A stretch of DNA of 63,898 nucleotides, the filler included, from Licmophora abbreviata (Eukaryota), in NCBI GenBank assembly GCA_900291995.1. It is 18 parts of 18 records of this genome, joined end to end, with 100 filler letters (N's around TTAATTAATTAA, not from the genome) between each part and the next. Parts side by side here need not be neighbours in the genome. Positions count along the whole stretch, not along the records: positions 56,414 to 60,823 come from OLMU01003901.1; positions 60,924 to 62,299 come from OLMU01003906.1; positions 62,400 to 63,898 come from OLMU01003909.1; 15 more parts are not named here. One strand, written 5' to 3'. The notes under the pieces are model-generated. The model was not told the origin of the DNA and ran no database searches. It saw nothing but the letters and a program-made list of their open reading frames with translations. How positions within the stretch are numbered: position 1 is the first letter of the stretch; the number at the start of each line of letters is the position of its first letter. Of this stretch, positions 57,114 to 63,898 are shown in pieces. Position numbers and translations under genes: made by a program.

Positions 57114-59183
57114 ATGTTGGCTTCCAACAGTCGACAAATCCTCCGTACAGCGACCCAGATCGGCGGTCGCACCGCCCTAAAGGCCCTCACGGCTCGCGCT
57201 GTGCCCTTGGCATCGAAACTCGTTCCAAACGCTTCACATTCTCAGGTACGTTTCATACCGAATGTCATCCCACAGAAAGACCGATGACGCATCCCAGTCA
57301 TGCGAATCTCACTGCTGTCTCTCATCACTCTCCCACATTTCCCCACTCACAGACCTACCACCACCTTCAGCAACAACAAGCCTCCTTCGCTTCCACCGTG
57401 ACAACGGACCACGATGCTGAAAACCCGCGCGACGAGTATCAGATCTCCCGTACCATCACGGGCACAGACGCTTGCTTGAAGGCCGGGATTGCCGGGACGG
57501 GTATCACCGGACCCTCCACCATCTACAAGAACCTTTCCTTCCAAGAAATCTTTGACCACGAAGTCGAAAACAAGGAGGGTATCGTTGCCAACGCCGAGTA
57601 CGGTGACACCTTCACGGTGGATACGGGCAAGTTCACAGGTCGTTCTCCCAAGGACAAGTGGGTTGTTAAGAACATTGGCAGCGAAAGTGACGCCAACATT
57701 GACTGGGGCAATGTCAATCAACCCACGAATCCAGAAGTCTTTGAAGAGCTCTACCAAAAGGCCGTCAAATACTTCAACACACGAGAAACTGCCTACGTCT
57801 TTGACGGATACGTCGGCGCGAGTCCTAAATCCCAAAAGAAGGTCCGATTCGTCCACGAAATGGCGTGGTCTCACCACTTTGTCACCAACATGTTCATTCG
57901 ACCGGAAGAGGCTTCCGAACTCGACGATTTCGGCGAACCCGACTTTACCGTCATCAACTGTTGCAGTCAGGTCGATGAAGACTGGGAGCGCCATGGATTA
58001 CACAGTGACACGGCTGTCGTCTTTAACATTGAAAAGAAGATTGCCGTCGTGTTCGGCACCTATTATGGTGGAGAAAACAAAAAGGGAATCTTTAGTCTCA
58101 TGAACTACTGGCTGCCCATGGCGGGAAGCTTCCCCATGCATTGCAGTGCCAATGTCGGTAAAAAGGGCGACACAGCCTTGTTTTTTGGATTGAGTGGAAC
58201 GGGAAAAACGACACTCAGCGCCGACCCGCATCGCGCCTTGATCGGTGACGATGAGCATGGATGGGACGAAGATGGCATTTTCAACTTTGAAGGTGGATGT
58301 TACGCCAAGACGATCAATTTGACCGAAAAGACGGAACCGGATATCTACCGGGCCATCAAGAAGGACGCCCTTTTAGAGAATGTTGCGTTGGTGAAGGAAG
58401 AAGGTGGAAAGGTCACACCGGACTACTTCGATACGACCAAGACAGAGAATGGACGTGTCTCGTACCCAATCTTTCACATTCCAAACTACGTAAGTTTGGG
58501 CGGAGGTGGACTAAGAGAAATCATGCTGCCAACTTGCGCTCATACCCATACTAATACTTCTTGTCCCTCTCTCACCCCCACAGCACAAGCCGCAGATGGC
58601 TGGACATCCAAAAAATATAATCTTCCTCAGCTGCGACGCATTTGGAGTTCTTCCTCCGATTGCAAAGCTCACTTCGGAGCAAGCCATGTACCATTTCATT
58701 TCGGGCTACACTGCCAAGGTTGCCGGCACGGAGCGCGGAATTGTCGAGCCAACTCCCAACTTCAGCCCCTGCTTTGGAGCCGCCTTTTTGACCCTCCACC
58801 CGACGCGTTACGCCGACTTGTTACAGCAGAAACTTGAAACACATGGCTCGACTGCCTTCCTGGTTAACTCTGGCTGGTCCGGCGGAGCTTACGGTACCGG
58901 CGAGCGCATGTCCATCAAGACGACGCGCGCCTGCATTGATGCCATCCTGGACGGTTCCATTCATGACGCACCAACAAAGGTCGATGGTGTGTTTGGATTC
59001 GAGGTTCCTACAGAGCTTCCGGGAGTCGATTCGGCCTTATTGGATCCGCGCTCTACGTGGTCTGACCCAGCCGCGTTTGACGCAGCGGAGAATAAGTTGG
59101 CCAAGATGTATGTGGACAACTTTGGCCAGTATGCTGTGGAGGGACATGTCGACTACACTCAATACGGACCCAAGGTAGTGTGA
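57114..59183 (+). CDS. PCK1: Phosphoenolpyruvate carboxykinase (ATP), mitochondrial-type presequence, 2 introns
   Basis: [60 protein letters not shown]. Introns 57246-57352 and 58490-58583. R/A/L/T-rich N-terminus. Confidence 0.96.
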
Positions 59184-59490
59184 TCGCGCAGTGTTGGAAA
59201 GCAGCGAATCGAATCTGCTGAATGAATCCATTTTTCTCTCAGCTCGTACATACAAGTAGTCGATATGGAAATCCTTAGTGCACAAAAAACAATCAAATGT
59301 ATGAGGTGAACTGACTCCGAAGCGACTACATGTGCATGTGTGATACGAGTAGAGTACCTGGTACGAAGTAGCAGTTCATGCATCATAAAAGGGGAAAAAA
59401 TAGCTCTCTGAGCCATGCCGAATCTATCCGTGTCCTACCCGCAATTGCCCCCTAGGATCATGAGCAACTCACAAGTCCACGATATGAAAT

Positions 59491-60823
59491 TCAAATATGC
59501 TCATCATTGCAACGCTCCTTGAGGTCCGAGAATGCAGTTCTTACCCATTCGTCTTTCGACGTTCCCGACAAGTTTTCGATCTCGCCGAGGTCAAACAAGG
59601 CTACCCGTTCTGTCAATGGGTGCCAACCGACGTGTCGCCAGCGCACATCCATGTGCTGTTTTCCTTTGTTTGCAAAAGCACAAAGTGCATCCCAAAGCGG
59701 CCCCTCCTCCTTAGCTGTGTACCTGACCCGATCATGCTGTTCAATGGGCCAGAAATACGGCATAATCAGACAATTCTTCCCACCCGAAAGCGTCGCGACG
59801 AGAGACTTCCCAAACTGATCTCCATAAACAACATTCCAATTCTCCAGTTCCGCCTGGGCTGCGCGTTCAGACGATGATGCATTATTTTCCAGTTGCGCCT
59901 GGGATGGCCTTCCAGGCGTTGCTGCATTCTTCCTGTCGACTTCAGTATTATTGTAAAATTTGACGACGCAAACTCCAGCCCCGCCATGAGAATCAGCCAA
60001 ACAAGCTGAACCATTTGCTCCGAATCCGAGTGGCTGCAACAGATAGAGACATTTCACCCGCGGATGAGCCAAGGCGTATGCTTTGTATTTAATCTCGCCC
60101 GCTGAGAGTTTCTGAAACGCAAAGTTTTCAGTACAGTGGGATGCGTCGCGGAACTGGATCTTTCGCGCGAGCATGTCTTTGCCTGACTGGAGCTGAGAGT
60201 AGTAGTCCAGACCTTTCCCTGACTCGTACATGAGCAAGACGGCAGACGCAATAAGTGTGATCATGTCACAACCTGAAGCTGTACCGTCAATGGTCTCGGC
60301 TGCGTAAAGTACTCGTGATTCTCCACAGCAGCCTTTCTCGGTTAAACCATTCGCCTCGCCGCGCTTGCGCTTCTTGTCGTCAGAGGAAATTATGGCACCT
60401 TCCAAGGCGTTCTGTGGGTGGAAGGGTTGTGCTGGTGAGCAGCCATTTGTGGTCGTATCTTCTGCCATAACTTCATCCTGTAGGATGTTACAGCAGGCGC
60501 CGCGTTGTAGAGACGCCGTAGATGCAAGCATCCACTTGTTTCCCGTTGTGATAATTCCAAATGCTTGGGGCAAGCCCCCTAGACGAATGGTCTGAAGTTG
60601 GTCGTAAAGCTGCCCTGCCACCTTGCCGCTCCCGAAAATCTTGTCGTCGTTTGTCTCGTCATGAGGCTTTTTGACTTCTATACATCCGATTGGGAGTTTC
60701 TTGGAAGCCAATACCAGCATCAAATCGAATTCCATTGATAACATGCTTCGTTGGACTACTACGTGGATCATGTGGCGTAAACCAAGTGCGCGGATGACAG
60801 CAGCAACGAGGTTTGAGACCCTG
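59491..60823 (-). CDS. PD-(D/E)xK nuclease-like domain fused to an atypical protein kinase-like domain (Crinkler/CR-type architecture), 5'-truncated
   Basis: Nuclease part FDLML...PIGCIEVKKP...GQLYDQL...FGIITTGNKW. Kinase part LGFGANG, VVKFY, ELENW, LIMPY, HMDVRWRHV, LFDL. Intronless. Confidence 0.7.
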
Positions 60824-61391
60824 NNNNNNNNNNNNNNNNNNNNNNNNNNNNNNNNNNNNNNNNNNNNTTAATTAATTAANNNNNNNNNNNNNNNNNNNNN
60901 NNNNNNNNNNNNNNNNNNNNNNNTCGAGCCATTTCCTTTCTCTCCTCCCCGGGTCCTTGGTCAGCGCAATACTCTAGACCTATCAGATACGAGATACTAT
61001 CCAAAGCGCCGAGCAGCCGGCGGCGGCTGTTGGTTGTAAAATGAAAATGAATCTCTCCTGAACGAGTATCTGATGTCTGATTTCTCCTAAAAATTACTAC
61101 TTGAACTGTCAAATATGGAATGCGAGGTGCTGGCTGGCTGCTTCCTGAACGCCAGGTTGCTCGACCGATGATTAATACTTGACTGAAACACCACGAAACA
61201 TTGCCTGACCTGCAAGAATGTTGTATGTCACTGGTATCTGGTACCTCGGCTGCTGACTGCTAACCGTGACAAAAAAGACCAACAACAAGTATCCCCTCCG
61301 TCATCCACTTCTCAGTTTTCTTCGTCCTCATCCCCTCGTTCCGCATCTGAATCTTCCCCAACGCCTGCTTCATCGTCTTCCGCACCTCTGA

Positions 61392-62777
61392 TTACATGGA
61401 GGACAGTCCCATATAAGCCAGCTCCATTGTGGCCTGTCCAATGGCTCGAATACCCAGTCTTGTGATGGCACCGGGTACCTTGGCCTTGGCCTTGAGCTTC
61501 TGGCTGGCTGCTTTCTCTTTGTCACGCCAGTTGTACAAAGGCTGGTTGTCCCCAACGCGCTGCACAACTCCCTTGGGGCTGATGACATACTGCGTGTATG
61601 GAATGAGTTGCATATCCAGCATGGCCCATTTCTTACGCTCGGTCCCTAAGATCTCGCGGTTATTGATGTAAATCTTAGTATCGCCGAGACTTGAGCGAGG
61701 GTGCATCTTTCCATTGACGTTGATGAGGCCACCCACGGTCCATTTGAGTGGGCCACCAAGTTTTCCAAGAAAGCCCGCCTTGCTGTCATACCAGTAGTTG
61801 GTGTCACTGCGGAACCTCACGCCCCACTGAACGGCCCACCAGCGAATCTGAGAGAGCGTCAAGCGCTGACCATTGATCGACACATTGGAGACATCGACAT
61901 TCTCCACAGATATCTTGCGATCTGACTTTTGCTTCTCGCGAGCCTTGCGAATGGCATGGAACCCCTTTGGTGCCAACTCGCGCTGCTTGGGTCCTGGAAG
62001 AGCAAAGTGGGAGAGGATTTACAAGTCAGACTATCAGCACGGGCAATAACGACAAAATAACAAGACACGTGGCAGCAGCAGTCAGCAAGAGACGACACAT
62101 GCTTACCTTCCTGAGTCACCCAGTTGTCGAAGTCATCGGAAATGGGATCATTCGGCGACGTCGGATAAGGGAACTTGGTCTTGCGCTTCTCAATAGGGAC
62201 GCCGTTGATGTACACATAGGTGTTTTTCGTGTGGTTATTGGTATTGCCAACTGAAGACACCGAGGCCGCGCCGCTGCCTTGTCGTTTCTTCTTTGCCGCN
62301 NNNNNNNNNNNNNNNNNNNNNNNNNNNNNNNNNNNNNNNNNNNTTAATTAATTAANNNNNNNNNNNNNNNNNNNNNNNNNNNNNNNNNNNNNNNNNNNNG
62401 ATGGTGCCTTGTCCCATTCGACGCCGCAGGTGCTCGACGTGTACATACTCGCCCAAGTACAAGAGCGCCGCCATGTGAATAGGCTATACAGCGACGACCA
62501 AACAGGAAAAAGAAACAGCGATGCGGAGCTTAGAACAGACTTATCACCATCATCGCACATAAAGAAGTCTCTTCTCTTGTCGACGTACCACCATCATGGG
62601 CCGCATCGCCAGAGAGCTTGGATTCATTTCGGCCTCCTCACAGTCATTGACAATCGCTTCTGCATATTGTTCCAACGCTGGAGGCGGAGGCCACGTCAAT
62701 GAGGGTGCAGCTGGTCGCTTGGAATCCTTCACCATCGCAGTTAGTGAAGGAGGAAGCCCTGCGTTCGTTGCCGCCAT
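61392..62777 (-). CDS. Hypothetical protein with an XLG/EDR4-like YWYD...GxT.V.INGRE domain; multi-exon, spans spacer 62300-62399
   Basis: VSINGQRL...NYWYDSKAGFLGKLG...SSLGDTKIYINNREI. Intron 61994-62106 joins the upstream exon in frame. The 5' exons beyond the spacer are inferred. Confidence 0.6.
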
Positions 62778-63143
62778 GGTCGATGTGCTCTGCCGACGCG
62801 CTTTCGTTTTGCTGCGCGCAATTTGTTCGAAGCATCGTCGGGGGACGGACAGGCGCTTCCCATATCAGATATCAGCGATACATATTGCTCAACAGTCAAA
62901 TTTACTTAACCCTAGGACGTTCTGTACTAGCAATATGAGCATATTCACAAACATATTGATCCTCTATGATCAGTGACAGAGGGGTGTTCGCAAAAGCTGT
63001 TTCCTCTCACCTCGATCTCGCTTCACATTTTGATCCTTCACCAAACGGCGATGTGCACACAACTAACTCTGCAGAGGCTTGAGTTCACTACTTACTTCTC
63101 TTGACACGCTCCACCGCTCATTCCAATGACCATCTAACTCGTC

Positions 63144-63898
63144 ATGTCTTTCGACCCGTACTACATGAATGATCACACCTCGCAGGTTGATCTAGAATAT
63201 CGCCATCGGCTGTCCAACAGAACGATGAGCGACGATTGGAAAAACAATGACTTTCCGCCGCTGTCCAACGCCGCCGGAGAGTCCAACCGAAAGCGATTAG
63301 ACAGTAACTCTTCCTACAGTACTGACAGTAGTGCTGGAGGCACCAGGAAGAAGAGGAGTCACCGTCCTCGAGGATGTCGTGGCGGAGGAAGCCGTCGTGC
63401 GAGAAAGGAAAAGCGAGCAGCCGCGGCGGCCGCTGCTGCTGCCGAGGCTCTCGCGGATCCAACCACCAAAAACATCCAGCCAGGAGTGCAAGTGCTACAC
63501 TTGCCTACTTACCTCAGTTCACGCACTTCATCAAGCAATCCTCTTGAGCGTCCGGGTGTTGTATACCGTGAAACCTCTGACGAAAGTGAAACACCATACC
63601 TCATGCCCACCTCGTCGTCAACTTCCTCATCCGGGGACTGGACAAGCTACGGTGGCCGAGGCACCTTTTATCGGGATGGACCCACATTCTACAGCCCTCC
63701 TAGCTTCAACATCCTCCCCACCCTGCCTCCCGGTCAGCTCCTCACGGAAGACTGCCACGTGGCGGCAACGGGAATGGACGCGCTCCCGCCGAGAGCGTGG
63801 TCAGGCGGCCAGGTTCGTGGCACAACACCTTCCTGTCCCTACGCCCTCGTCACGCATCTGACAGGATCCGTGGGTTCTACATCCTACCAAAATGCAGC
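63144..63898 (+). CDS. Hypothetical low-complexity protein, 3'-truncated at the window end
   Basis: ATG 63144 opens a stop-free frame to the end of the window (absent from the ORF track). Contains the basic motif RKKRSHRPRGCRGG and a poly-Ala run. Confidence 0.6.
   Translation, partial: MSFDPYYMNDHTSQVDLEYRHRLSNRTMSDDWKNNDFPPLSNAAGESNRKRLDSNSSYSTDSSAGGTRKKRSHRPRGCRGGGSRRARKEKRAAAAAAAAAEALADPTTKNIQPGVQVLHLPTYLSSRTSSSNPLERPGVVYRETSDESETPYLMPTSSSTSSSGDWTSYGGRGTFYRDGPTFYSPPSFNILPTLPPGQLLTEDCHVAATGMDALPPRAWSGGQVRGTTPSCPYALVTHLTGSVGSTSYQNA

Noticed and set aside
1..63898. tRNA, rRNA, snRNA, CRISPR arrays, transposase or reverse-transcriptase genes
   Set aside because: None recognised by eye. tRNAscan-SE, Infernal and a repeat search would be needed to exclude them formally.

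Overview
This window is not one continuous replicon. It is a pseudo-scaffold of 18 contig pieces joined by 17 identical 100-nt spacers (N44-TTAATTAATTAA-N44). Bases 1-7576 are GC-rich, intron-free, operonic alphaproteobacterial DNA that looks Rhodobacteraceae/Roseobacter-like. They carry azoR, a LysR regulator, an EamA transporter, an ArsR regulator, the F0 ATP synthase operon atpI-B-E-b'-b, a candidate sRNA and folC. Bases 7677-63898 are a compact eukaryotic genome, most likely a diatom, with short GT-AG introns and ASAF-type bipartite plastid presequences. That part encodes 5-oxoprolinase, SmE, a MORN protein, a bacterial-type methyltransferase, Vps2, a TBC Rab-GAP, eS26, metacaspase, TMCO1, a PPR protein, an ATRX-like remodeler, SDH2, bestrophin and PEPCK. 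The best candidates for undescribed biology are: (1) a plastid-targeted MDP-1 phosphatase + cold-shock domain + ASCH fusion; (2) a head-to-head pair of signal-peptide-bearing beta-barrel-like paralogs beside a head-to-head bestrophin/PEPCK pair; (3) a PD-(D/E)xK nuclease + kinase Crinkler-like protein; (4) an ATRX carrying an extra CW zinc finger; (5) an XLG/EDR4-like domain protein; (6) a candidate bacterial sRNA. All family assignments come from motifs recognised by eye; no database searches were run.
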